From: Mytilus californianus
Lineage: Eukaryota
Length of the DNA stretch: 64,000 nucleotides
Reading direction: 5' to 3'
NCBI RefSeq assembly: GCF_021869535.1
Contig: NW_026262734.1
Coordinates: 42,408,001 to 42,472,000 of the forward strand
Shown: positions 1 to 11,100 of the stretch, one piece after another
Numbering within the stretch: the first letter of the stretch is position 1
Layout: each line of letters begins with the position of its first letter
Notes under the pieces: generated by a model
What the model was told of the DNA's origin: nothing
The model's input: only the letters and a program-made list of their open reading frames with translations
Databases searched by the model: none
Position numbers and translations under genes: made by a program

Positions 1-90
1 AATCCACTAAAGTTGCTTCAGGAGTTTAGATATGAACCCGAACTTTCTCCTGCAATAACGCTTCGTCGACAAGGCATGTGTCGTTTATTC

Positions 91-120
91 GGAGTTCGGT
101 ATTTTTGTTATTTTACTTTT
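91..120. repeat. Tail of an interspersed repeat
   Basis: ggagttcggtatttttgttattttactttt is identical to 24296-24325. Confidence 0.7.
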
Positions 121-444
121 TATCGAGGATATTGATGATTACGGGTATTTACAATAAACACGACTTTGATAAAGTATATTCAGTGATTATGGAAATTGAG
201 TTTATAAGAGAGGCTAATTTATGTTAACGGTAAGAGATGGATACGGATAGAACATATTGTCGTTTGTTGTTTGCTCAAAAAACATTTCGAGGTATTTTCT
301 ATTTTGTTGTGCATTCGAAATGATAACAACCGAATGCGATGTTGTATGGACGATAAAGACCTTGAAAAATGGAAACACTTGATGATTTTATGGTTTTATG
401 AGGAAAGCTAATAAGAGGAAGTTTCAACCAGGAAAATAATAACG

Positions 445-1519
445 ATGACATATAAAGTCTACTTGGAGAAAATATATTACAACCCCCAACACCCAGGACT
501 TTTGTCAGGTGTAGATAAACTATGCAAAGCAGTGCGGAAAGAAGGAAAGTGTGTTCTAGGGAAAAAAAATAGAAAAAGGCTGGAAACTCAAGAAATGTTC
601 GGTCCTCATCACCAAGTTAATAGAAAATTTCGTCATGCTAACGTAATCTCATCATATATCGACTATTAATGGGATGTGGATACTAATCTATTAAAAACGT
701 ACACTAAAGATAATGATGGGTATGCTTTCTTCGTACTAGCGATCTATGTGTTCTCCCGATTCATATGGACAAAAAATCTAAGATCCACCAAAGGAGTGGA
801 GATGCGAGATACCTCGGAATCAATTTTGAGAGAGGGAAGAAAACCAACTAATTTTTGCTCTGATAAAGTTGTCAAATATAAAACGGGATTTTGCAAAACT
901 ACTCCAGAAAAGAAGCATAGAACAGGTTTTCACTGAAAATGAATTAAAAGCATCATACGCTGAACGGGGTATTAAAACAATAAAGTCTAGACTCAGTCGA
1001 TACATGACTAAACATCAATCGCATCGATGGATTGATGTTTTGGCATCAGTGATGCAAAGTTATAATGCTACGGTTCATCGATCACTAAAGATGGCTCCAA
1101 GAAAATGTTACTTAAAATGACGAATTTAGGTTATGGAAAATGAAATCTAGAACTAAAAGAAAAAAAGATTCCAAAACGTCACCTCGGTGTGCCTTTAAAC
1201 TTGTTGATACAGTCAGAATTTCGAAATTACGTTACATTTTTTATCGTAAATACGCCGAGCGTTGGACGATGGATTATTTTATCGGGAAAAGACAAGGAAT
1301 CCCTTATTTCATCCTAGGGTATACGATGGGTATTGTTATTTAGGGAACGTTCCAAAAGGGTTTACTCAGTAAAGCTACAATAACATTGACACAGTTTATC
1401 GTTCAGAGAAAGTATAACGTAAGAGAAAATGACAGGTTTATGTGAAATGGATGGGATAGCCAGACAATTGTAATTCATGGATACCCAAAATTATGTTGAA
1501 AAACTATATGGACCCTTGA
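445..1519 (+). pseudogene. Polinton retroviral-type (rve) integrase with C-terminal chromodomain
   Basis: IYYNPQHPG N-terminus; DDE residues in W-D-V-D-T, FCSDK and AERGIKT; YNATVHRSLKMAP; FKLVDTVRISK; chromodomain-like VYVKWMG*PDNCNSWI at about 1436-1483. In-frame stops (667-669, 1467-1469) and several frameshifts. Confidence 0.9.
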
Positions 1520-1559
1520 AACGATTTTTTGTTGTTGTAAAACATATAAGAACACTAAT

Positions 1560-2018
1560 ATGGATAATTTTTACGTTCATTTATACTTCTGGGATTTGAT
1601 AACAACACATGATGATAATCATGCAGGAGAGTTTGTGATTGATTTACCTAAAACCTATTTGTTTTATGGTGATTGGAAATGTGCTATAACGGAAATCAAA
1701 TTCAAGTCAGATTTTGAACGCCCTACGGGACGTATTTATGTTTGCTGCGATATCATAGAACAGTTCTACTTGCGAAATACGACATTACGTGTTTCGCGTT
1801 CTATACATATTCTAGAAGATGAGCATACGGATTTACAACATTTTGCAGATGTAAACGAGGGAAGAGTTCATCTGGATTATAAAGGTCGATACATCTTGGG
1901 TAGTGGTTCTAGGTTACGTTCATTATCTGAAAAAAAGCGCGTTAGCATGGTGATTACTGTAGCGCAATCCTTGGAAATGGCTAAATCTTACGTAAAAAGA
2001 GAGAGCAAAAAGTTGTAA
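1560..2018 (+). pseudogene. Polinton minor capsid (penton/PX-like) protein, probably degenerate at the 3' end
   Basis: N-terminus MDNFYVHL...EFVIDLPKTYLFYGDWKCAITEI fits the F-x-I-x-LP-x4-L-x-G-x-W-x2-A-x2-EI penton pattern; lies between integrase and major capsid. Confidence 0.7.
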
Positions 2019-2088
2019 GAGAGAGGGTAAAAAAACCTAGGATGGGATATAATCAGCTTGAAACCTAGTGTGATATAGAACTTGAAGA

Positions 2089-3220
2089 ATGATGAATAAA
2101 TTTGAGGAGAATCATGGTGATGAACTTTCTAGTTTTACACCACCTCCGAGTAATACCGCAATACAGAGGAGGGAGTTTATTGAGTATATGGCAATCAGTC
2201 AACTGTCAAATTATGATGATTTGGAATTTCTCATTCCACCACAGTCTGCAGGATATATGGATTTTTAAAGAAGTACTCTGAAAGTTAGAGTGCGACTAAC
2301 AGATTCCAATGATATCCCCATCCATAAAGACGACACCGTTGTTTTGGTGAATCTATGCTTACACTCTTTATTTTCTCAAGTAGATTGCTATCTGCAGCAG
2401 GCAGCTGTTGGTCAGACGGGAACCAACTATCCATATAAAGCGTATAAAGATACGTTACTGTCTTCTCGTGCCAGTGATAGTGTGGAGTTGGAATCACAAC
2501 TGTTTACAAAAGATATATACAGCTGGTGTCGATGGTCCTAAGTTGGAGGGGCTGCAAATATCGGGCTCTATATCATAGATTTATACACAGAAAGGTCGAA
2601 TCGTAGATCTTGAAGGACCTATAAATTCAAACATTTTTCAACAAAACCGATTATTTAAAAATGGCGTAAGCTTGTATTTATTGTTGTATCAAAGCAAGAA
2701 CGCATTCCGTTTGGTGTCAGACAAAAGTGATACAAGTTATACAATACGCATAATGGATGTTAGTTTCAAGTTGTGCGTACAAAAACCTTACGCAGGAGTG
2801 TTGATGGCTCATAGTAAATTGTTAAAAGACTCTTCGGCTATTTATTCGTACGTGATATGTAGTTTCAAGATCGCATCTGTGTCCAAAGGAGAATATAGTC
2901 ATAGTCAAAACAATCTGTTAATGGGAGAAATTCCGTCGCAATTGATTGTGGACCTCGTCAGCAGCGCAGCCTATGAAGGAAATTATGAAGAGATCAGCGT
3001 TTTATTTCCAACCGTTTGATTGTAATTTCGTAGCTCTATACATAGACGGACAGGCGTATCCGGCAAAGCCTCTCCAACCTAATTTCCTCGTTATGAACGT
3101 GGTGGAAGCATATAGGACCTTGACGGCGATACGAAAGGATGTAGATATTTCTTTAAGTGATTATTCAGGTGGATATGCCTTATATGTATTAAACGTAGAT
3201 AAAAACATTGATTTTAATCT
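2089..3220 (+). pseudogene. Polinton major capsid protein (PY / double jelly-roll), C-terminally truncated
   Basis: ELSSFTPPPSNTAI, LEFLIPP, VNLCLHSLFSQVDCYL, NYPYKAYKDTLL, GEIPSQLIV, FQPFDCNFVALYIDGQAYPAKPLQPNF, YSGGYALYV; stop at 2266-2268 and frameshifts. Confidence 0.9.
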
Positions 3221-3221
3221 T

Positions 3222-3573
3222 TTTGAATTACACGCGTTTATTGAAAGGAGACCAGAGGCCTACGGGATTAACATCGATCCGTGTTTCGAATCAGGTTCTT
3301 ATTGGGTTGGTTTTCATTTCCCCGAGACCTGGTGTTTTTTTTACTTATTCCATTGGAGAAAAACCGGAGAGATATCAACAACAGTTTAAAAACGTATTAA
3401 ATGCTAATGGTGAGCAGTATCGGTATACCCCAGATAAATTAAAACCATCAGACAGCACGACCTGTGGATTATATTGCATTCATTTTATCCGTTTGCGTTA
3501 CCGATATGAGTCTTTTAAGAATATTATGAAAAAAACCGTTCCGTTAATTGAATGGAAAATGAAAGAAAAGTGA
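3222..3573 (+). pseudogene. Adenain-like cysteine protease, N-terminus missing
   Basis: Across one frameshift: RPEAYGINIDP..SGSYWVGF / FFTYSIG / LKPSDSTTCGLYCIHF. Catalytic Cys is kept; the His, Asp and Gln positions are substituted. Confidence 0.85.
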
Positions 3574-3613
3574 TTAAATTCATAAGAGAGGGAAATTATT
3601 TTGAATAAAGAGA

Positions 3614-3851
3614 AATCAGTATAGAAAGAGTTGATAGTCATCAAAGTGAAAAATGGCATTTTCTTGGAAGTCGTTGTCCTAAATCGGAGATTGTATATTT
3701 TTGCCAGATGTGTGTCGTATTTGTTATCATCATAACGTAAATCGCTAACCTTACGATGCATAACAATAAGAGAGAGCTTTGGATCTCGTTACTGAGTAGT
3801 TCGATTGGATATGCTTTACCTAGTCCAACTTTAAAAGGTTCAAAAATGTAA
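3614..3851 (+). pseudogene. Small two-transmembrane Polinton-associated ORF (not in ORF track)
   Basis: EKWHFLGSRCPKSEIVYFCQMCVVFVIIIT*IANLTMHNNKRELWISLLSSSIGYALPSPTLK; one internal TAA at 3738-3740; two hydrophobic segments. Confidence 0.6.
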
Positions 3852-3873
3852 GAGAAGAGAAAAAAAATAATAC

Positions 3874-4539
3874 ATGATCACGGTGATCATGTTTCCGTTC
3901 CTTCCATGCTCCAGCATGGTTATTAATGGGCAGACCGGAAGTGGGAAAACATGCTTCGTATCTAAATTGCTGCAACACTTGAATGTAATGTATGGGGAAG
4001 ACCACCCTGATAAAATACTTTACTGTTACGGTATACATCAAGACCTTTTTGATGAAATAGAGAAGACTATTACAGGTATAACATTTTTTAAAGGGGATTC
4101 CTACGCCTGATATAATTGATGATTTTCTCGGAAAAAACGTCATATTCTCGTGATTGTTGACGATTTGGGACATAAAGTAGTAAAGAATCAGGAGATGTTA
4201 CTCATTTTCACGCAAGGATGTCATCACAGAAAGACATAGTGTATTTTTCTTGATAAAAATGTTTACCTTAATGGCAGTAAACCTAGAACTATTGCATTGG
4301 ATACGACGTACTTGATATTTATGAAAAACCTGAGAGATGTGTCTCAAATATCTATGTTGGGATACCAACATTTTCCGGGAAGAATACATCTTTTGGTCAA
4401 AGCTTATCGTTAAGCAAACTCGCAGCCACTTGGCTATTTAGTCCTTGAATTGGCGCCGCACGTGAGTGATACTTGCAGATTTAGGACATGTGTGTTTCCA
4501 AATAAAGATCCAATCATTTACGTCCCCAAACATTCATAA
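3874..4539 (+). pseudogene. A32/FtsK-like genome-packaging ATPase
   Basis: Walker A GQTGSGKT; Walker B ILVIVDDL; FTQGCHHR; YLIFMKNLRDVSQI; two frameshifts near 4095-4138 and two internal stops. Confidence 0.92.
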
Positions 4540-4794
4540 GAGACTGTAAGAGATGAGCAAGACAAAGTTAGTAGAGGTGAGAAACGCACATTGATTCTAG
4601 ATGAAAGATCTGGAGAGAAAAATACAGAAAAAGGGAACATTCATTGGATTTCATTTAAATGATAATGATAAAATAAAAAAAATCTTAAACCACCTACATG
4701 TATGTGTAGCAGGTCTTATGTCCTGAACCAGATCTACTGTCTGGAAGAGTGAGAGAGATTTTGAATATTCCGAAAAACGCGTCCGTTTAATAGG

Positions 4795-5058
4795 GTGTGT
4801 CGTCCACTTTCAAGGGTATCCATCCATCTTGGAGGGTAGTCTGTCCAACTATAGGGTATGATGGGACTATTAGCGTCTCTTTGTCCACTTTTGAGGATAA
4901 ATTAGTCCAATAATAGGGTATGGCATCTGCGTACCGTGTCCACTTTCGAAGGTCGAATGGTCCAACAAGAAGGTATTGCGTCCGCTTTCCGTGTCCACTT
5001 TCGAGGGCAAAATGGTCCAACAATAAGGTATGACGCCTGCGTCCCATGTACAGGTTTA
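4795..5058. repeat. 55-bp minisatellite, left part
   Basis: Unit starts (tgtccacttt...) at 4882, 4937, 4992 and 5047, with a decayed copy upstream. Confidence 0.9.
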
Positions 5059-5905
5059 ACAGCACCAAACTTGTTATATTGACTTCTGCTTTACTTAATA
5101 TCCTTCTTTGATCTGTTTCTAGCATAGAAAACACATAAAGCTTTTGTCAAAACACTATATCACTGAATTCAAGCTAAAATTGAACTTGTAGTAACATATA
5201 CACTATACAAAGAAAACTCCATATGAATACTAATAGTGACAGATATGAGACTTTTTCTATGTTTACCAGTTCTTATTTGTAAATATCTACTCAAATAGCA
5301 ATGTACTCACCTATATGTCTTATTTTTATCAGAGATTCTTCCTTGAATATTAATATAGTAGTCCAAACATGAAATGTAATTGATAATTTTGTCCCACGCC
5401 TTTTTCTACATGTTGAAAAAGGAGAGTGATTTGGTAAAAACCATACTTTTATGTATAAACATGGACCAACACGAGCCATTTATGTATCTCCCAGCTAGAC
5501 AACTTGCTAAATTGGTTATAAATTGCATTTCAAGTAAAACATAAACACTCACTAGATAACTTGGCCAAAAGCTATATTTATACTATAAACCAGTCATAAT
5601 ATACATGTTTCATTGCTTTCAGTCTAAGATAATGCAAAAATTTAAACTTCAAGTAAAGTCTTAAGTGTTTGCATGCAAAATTACCAAAAAAGGCTGCAAT
5701 ACACTTTTGTAGCAATTTGAGGGCTGTAATTTGACACCAACCTAATCACCAACATAATTGTTACTTTTGAAAATAATTTAACATCATTACTAACAAGAAA
5801 AATGACCAATTTTCATTGTAATGGGTATGATTTCTAAAATTTGAATTTCACATGCCTTTCAGTAATAGGTATAAAACTACTTATTCATAATTGCTTTCTA
5901 TGTTA

Positions 5906-6051
5906 AATTATCTCTGGCTCAGAATAGAAAACAAGATAAATAATACTTTTATTTTGGCCGAAATTTATTGTACAAGTTCATTTAACAAATAATTTATACA
6001 TATACATGAAATAGAGTATACAAAATTGCGGATCCTACAAATATAACCCGC
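5906..6051 (-). repeat. Split direct repeat B2
   Basis: 146 bp, near-identical to 6255-6400. Confidence 0.95.
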
Positions 6052-6111
6052 ATAAATTAAATCTAAACTCGCTAGTACAATAATTAAAAATTAGGGATGG
6101 GCGGGAGGGTA

Positions 6112-6258
6112 ACTTATCGAAAATATATCTAATGATGAATATAAAATACCTTAAAAGTACTCACTGAACAGGTACTATTGATAGTACAGAATTTCGAAAT
6201 GTTGAAAGAAACGAACTTCGCATATAATTATGCGTTTTTAGAATTAAAAACTACAATT
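6112..6258 (-). repeat. Split direct repeat A2 (part shared with A1)
   Basis: Near-identical to 9951-10099. Confidence 0.95.
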
Positions 6259-6400
6259 ATCTCTGGCTCAGAATAGAAAACAAGATAAATAATACTTTTA
6301 TTTTGGCCGAAAATTATTGTACAAGTTCATTTAACAAATAATTTATACATATACATGAAATAGAGTATACAAAATTGCGGGCCCTACAAAAATAACCCGC
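6255..6400 (-). repeat. Split direct repeat B1
   Basis: 146 bp, near-identical to 5906-6051. Confidence 0.95.
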
Positions 6401-6681
6401 CAAACAAGCCCACAAAAAACAAACCAAAACAGATAAAGCAATATTATAGAACAGTAATCAATTAGACCCACAAACTGATATACTTTTGTGTAAGCCTGAA
6501 GAGACTCAAGGAATCAATACGATACTTTCTTGTAAATCTCCTACTGAAGATCCAAAGAATATGCTACTTCTTTGTAAATCTTCTGACTCAATGAATAACG
6601 AACTTCATTGTAAGCCACCTACTTGAATGGTTATCTAAAAAACATAAACAAAGAAAAAGTTAACAAACTACAACTATATAA

Positions 6682-7200
6682 TTAAACATATGCAATTTTC
6701 AAATTCGAAATGACATGAATAAAACACATTTTAAGCTGCAAACCTCCATCTTTAATAGCAAATAAATCTCTTTTTGGAGAACCCTTTAATAAAAATCTTC
6801 TATAAGACTTAATGAAACTTCTTTTCTCATCTTTACAAATACCAATTAAGGCTTTATTAATCTCAACAATCTTACTTCCTAACTGAACAAAATCAACTGG
6901 TCGCGGTAAAATAGAAGATATCAATATAGTTATGTCTCTATTTCTGTTTCTTATACTATAGATCAAATTTCTTAAATTACATAACATAATCCCTGGAGTA
7001 TGATTCTCTACATTATTGGTACCAAAATGTAAAATAACATGAGAGAAGCTATCAAAATTATGTAGATACAAATACTCCTTATCAATAATATATTTAATGT
7101 AACCTAAATTAGCTCTACTAAAACTCTGTACTACCGTGTCTTTTATCCCATCCAAATATTTCCCGATAGAATCACACAAGATCAACACCCTCTTCTTCAT
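6682..7200 (-). pseudogene. SGNH/GDSL hydrolase ORF of the Ngaro element
   Basis: Block I ILCDS (GDS-like), block III LHFGTNN, ISSILPR, block V DGGLQL (His replaced by Gln); starts 9 nt after the YR stop. Confidence 0.85.
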
Positions 7201-7208
7201 TACTGCAA

Positions 7209-8195
7209 TTAAGGGATAAATTTAGTCATAGCCTTAGCAACGGAGACTTTCTCTGATAAAGAAAAATTGAAGATACAATTTATAAGCATCACTTGCCCAA
7301 TCGCCATGAACTTGTATTAACTCCGCAGGCACTTTAGATTTAAAGGCAAACGTAGCACCCCCTCGACGGAAGCTTTGTGTAGAAAATAGTCGTGGATTCC
7401 TACCTATCTTAATAATAAACTCCTAAATATACTGCTGAAAATCTATATAAGTCACAGGAACTAACTCGTGTTTACTAGGAAATAGAAAAGCCGGGCTATC
7501 TCCGTCGGCAAGAATTAATTTACACATATTCCTATACGCTCTGAATGGACATTATGCAGATCTAGTATTTTCAACTAACGGTATCTTCAAATTCTATTAC
7601 CCATCTGTATTGTTTTTGACCAATTGAAAATTACAATAGCAATATTACCCTCTAAAATTACTTTATTTCTATTTAACTGTTTATCTTTGTCAAATGATAT
7701 TTTAGAATCGGGTATTTAATTTGATTTACGCGCCATTAAGAAAAAGGCAAATAAAAAAAAACACCATATAGTGCACTGCTTTGGATCGTCGTGATTTATA
7801 ACTCTATTAATATCTAGTAAAATATCTACAGTAATAGCTAATGCTTTGATGTGGTAAATGCTGTTTCTCTCTAGTAATCCCTTTCAATAATAATTTGACA
7901 GAAAATTCATCTAAATGAACAAAAGGTTTGTCTAACATCAAATGCATAGTTTTAACCCCACATACATAATTTTTCATAGAACTTACTGATTTGAACGATC
8001 TACCCAAAAATTGAATGAACAAACAGATTGTTTTAATGAAACAGGACATTCCTTTAAATTAAGAAATGTACAAAAAAGCAAAAAGGCTCGCCACTGAACC
8101 ATTAAATTCTTTTTCGTTCCTACAGCAAAGGCTGATAGTGTCGATAACTACATCCCTTTCTAGTTCACTAATTTGTCTATCTGAAAATGCAATTT
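7209..8195 (-). pseudogene. Tyrosine recombinase of the Ngaro element
   Basis: AFAVGTKKNLMVQW, CLFIQFLGRSFKS..NY, FLMARKSN (R), WSKT (K), STQSFRRGG (H replaced by Q, then R), HGDWASDAY (W, Y); several stops and frameshifts. Confidence 0.9.
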
Positions 8196-8243
8196 ACCAT
8201 TCGTGAATAAACTGAAACAACTCATTTGGCACTGCAAATTCTT

Positions 8244-9950
8244 CTAAATGTATACATTTTGTCTCTTCAAAAATGTTTTAGCATAATTACTATGTAAATG
8301 CCAGCGAAACAACATATTAGCCAAAGGATTGTCAACACCGGCAATGTGAACTGCCTTCAACTCAAATTTATTCATAGCGGCTACAAAACAGATCTCACGC
8401 AAGCAAGATTTGAAAATTGATTCCTTGATTTTTCCAGTGTTTATTACTGTTACTGTAACCTGATTATCACATTTAATTATAATTCTCTTTCCTTTAAATT
8501 TAGTTCCCCACAATTTCAGGCATACCACTACTGTTAACATTTCTAATGCATTAATATGAAGCTGTTCATTTACAATAGAATCTGGGAATTCAACATGAAA
8601 AAATGTTCTTTGAACATGCCACCACAACCTGTCATGCATGCATCCGAAGAGAATATTTCATCTGGTTTCGACCATTCTTCTATTAACATCATTGATACAC
8701 CGTTATATAAAGGTAGAAACTTTTCCCACCATATGATGTCTTTTTTTAACAAGTTCAGGCACCTCACTCTTTTTAACATCTTGATAGATATATCTTAACC
8801 AATTAAGTATTCTAGAAATAAACACTCTTCCGGGTCTAACACAACACCCGACAAAATTTAGTTTTCCAACAAGCGATTGAATTTCACGCTTAGAGGCGGG
8901 TTCTTTTCCTACCCACTCCAATAAAATCAAATCTATATATTTTAATCTCTCAACTGAAATTTCTAAAGTCATTTTAACTGAGTCACAAATAATTCCTAAA
9001 AATTCCATTCTTGTTGATGGACCCACAGCTTTATGTTCTGACTCTTCAATTCCACAGAAAGTTAAAACATTTTGTAATTCCAAAAAGGCGTTTGAAGACA
9101 TTGTTGGAATTTCTACCCCGGCAAAGTCATCTAAATATTTTATGATATCAAACCCTAAAGATCTATAAATAAAAGCAATTGCGTTTGTCAAACGTTGACA
9201 TATTTGTGCAGCTGATCTTAAGCCCATTGACAGCACAATATCGAAAAATTTGTTCCCATTCCAAGCATATCCTACTAAAAAGGTATCTCCAATATCAATT
9301 GGTATTTGTCTGTAAGCCCGAGCAAGATCCCGTTTGACAAAATGAGATCCACTTCCCTTTTTCTTTATTAACGAAACTAAATCATCTACTCTTGTGTATG
9401 TTAAAGAAACAGGTTCACCTAAATATTCATCTTTATCTATAAATGAATTTACCCCAGTTCCACCAGCCGAACTTAAGTCTAGAATGATTCGTTTTTCCGT
9501 TGAATCCTTTTTTGGAACAGTATTCAAAGGAGATAAGATAATACCATGATCAAACGGATTCACATGAAAAGGGCCAATTATTGCCCCCTTAGTAAGTTCT
9601 TTTACCAAATATTTCTCCATATCATTTGGAAACTCTACTGCCCCACGATGATTTTTAACTTGTAATACCTCTTTTTGATCCTTAAAATCTCGTAATAAAT
9701 TCAAAGAATCCTTATTTCGGTGAAAACCAATTGGAAATCCAAATTCTAACAATTTACACATTTCTCTGTCTGGATAATCACTCAACATCAATTGAAAATA
9801 GTCTACATTTATTTTAGATAGTGTCTTAATTTTACAGTCTTCAAAATTCAATTTTGACGATTTAAAAACTATATCGTGATCATGTAACATTTTGTCGGTT
9901 TTGAAAACATCATATTTACCTTCAAATACTAACTTACAAAGATCGTTTTT
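8244..9950 (-). pseudogene. DIRS-type reverse transcriptase and RNase H
   Basis: RIILDLS, KRDLARAYRQIPI, LSMGLRSAAQICQR, YLDDF, MEFLGI, GKLNF; RNase H SDAC..GCGG, HINALEM, CDNQ; frameshifts near 8640 and 8780. Confidence 0.95.
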
Positions 9951-10099
9951 ACTTATCGAAAATATATCTAATAATGAATATATAATATCTTAAAAGTACT
10001 CACTGAACAGGTACTATTGATAGTGCAGAATTTCGAAATGTTGAAAGAAACGAACTTCGCATATAATTATGCGTTTTTAGAATTAAAAACTGTACAATT
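9951..10099 (-). repeat. Split direct repeat A1, truncated on the inner side
   Basis: Matches 6112-6258; directly abuts the RT reading frame. Confidence 0.93.
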
Positions 10100-10416
10100 C
10101 TGCAATTTCAAGCATTAATGGCTACTTTGTCTTAAGTTCAAATAAAGTGGCAGTCATTTCATGTCAAAACTGTACCTTATCCTGACTTTTGCTGAAAAAC
10201 TCAACATACCTTTAATTGCATATTAGAGCTTTCTGGTTCCCGGAAGTTTGATAGTACAAAAACAGGTACTTCTGAGCTTTTATTTGTTACCAAAACTACC
10301 CAAATATTTCACCTATTTACAAAGATACAGCTATGCGTAGGAACTATTTTGTTTCAAATATGTACTACTTTCTTGTATGTTCTTTCCGACCGGACTTGAA
10401 TTAGTGGTTCTATAAC

Positions 10417-10590
10417 TTTAGAGGGTCAAATGGTCCAACAATAAGGTATGGCATCCGCGTCCCGTGTCAAGGTTTAGAGGGTCGAAGGGCCCAACAATGA
10501 GGTATGACGTCCGCGTCCTGTGTCCAGGTTTAGAGGGTTCAAGGGTTCGACAATAAAGTATGGCGTCCAAGTCCCGGGTTCAGGTTTTTG
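10417..10590. repeat. 56-bp minisatellite, right part
   Basis: Unit starts at 10465, 10521 and 10577; same consensus as 4795-5058. Confidence 0.9.
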
Positions 10591-10600
10591 ATGGTTCTTC

Positions 10601-11100
10601 CCAGCAAACACAAAAATATTTTTAAAATGTTATTAAAATGTTATGTCGAACGTCATGGAAATATCGCAAAAAAACGTTAGAAAAATATAAAAGTGTATGG
10701 TTGGAAAAATATCGCAAAAAAAATTTCTAATATATTTCCTAAAATATTGGCATAATATAATTAAAATATTGTCAAGAAATATCATGATTATGTGAAAAAC
10801 AATTGCGTTTAAAACATTTTGATTATCTTTTCAAACATATTTTCTCGAAACATATGAAAAACATCATGAACATCAAATAATGGTATAAAAATGTTTTGGG
10901 GATATTTTCTTTCAAGTGCCTGAAAAATATTTTCAAAATGTTTTTAGATGTTTTTGGTTGATATCTTTATCATATCAATATGAAATTTTCTGTACTTTAA
11001 ATTGAGTTTCCAGCTTTTTAATATAATAAATCATAAGTTTAATAGATACACAGTGATTCATCTTTTTTCAAACACGAATAAATCAGTTGTTTTGCTAAAC
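10601..11100. mobile_element. Possible AT-rich MITE remnant starting cccagcaaacac
   Basis: Abrupt change from the GC-richer array to an AT-rich sequence with internal aaaatgtt/aacatttt motifs; no clear second terminus. Confidence 0.3.

Larger units (their letters stand above)
445..4539 (+). mobile_element. Degenerate Polinton/Maverick (adintovirus-like) endogenous element; integration and morphogenesis module only
   Basis: Co-oriented, tightly packed integrase, minor capsid, major capsid, cysteine protease and A32-like ATPase remnants. No pPolB or TIR is visible in the window. Confidence 0.92.
5906..10099 (-). mobile_element. Ngaro-type (DIRS order) tyrosine-recombinase retrotransposon, gag deleted
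   Basis: RT-RNaseH, YR and SGNH ORFs on the minus strand, plus split direct repeats in A1-ORFs-B1-A2-B2 order. Confidence 0.92.
5059..10416. mobile_element. Unclassified insertion of about 1.16 kb (5059-5905 plus 10100-10416) that itself carries the Ngaro element
   Basis: Interrupts one minisatellite unit; TTTA is present on both sides (5055-5058 and 10417-10420); weak terminal similarity (cagcacca vs reverse-complement tagaacca). Confidence 0.55.

Noticed and set aside
4550-4665. Possible short Polinton ORF ending WISFK*
   Set aside because: Too short and frameshifted to support a call.
4787-5134. 115-aa minus-strand ORF
   Set aside because: It runs through a 55-bp (non-triplet) minisatellite; chance open frame.
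4795-10590. Regularly spaced 55/56-bp units as a CRISPR array
   Set aside because: Whole units are homologous, there are no unique spacers or cas genes, and the context is eukaryotic.
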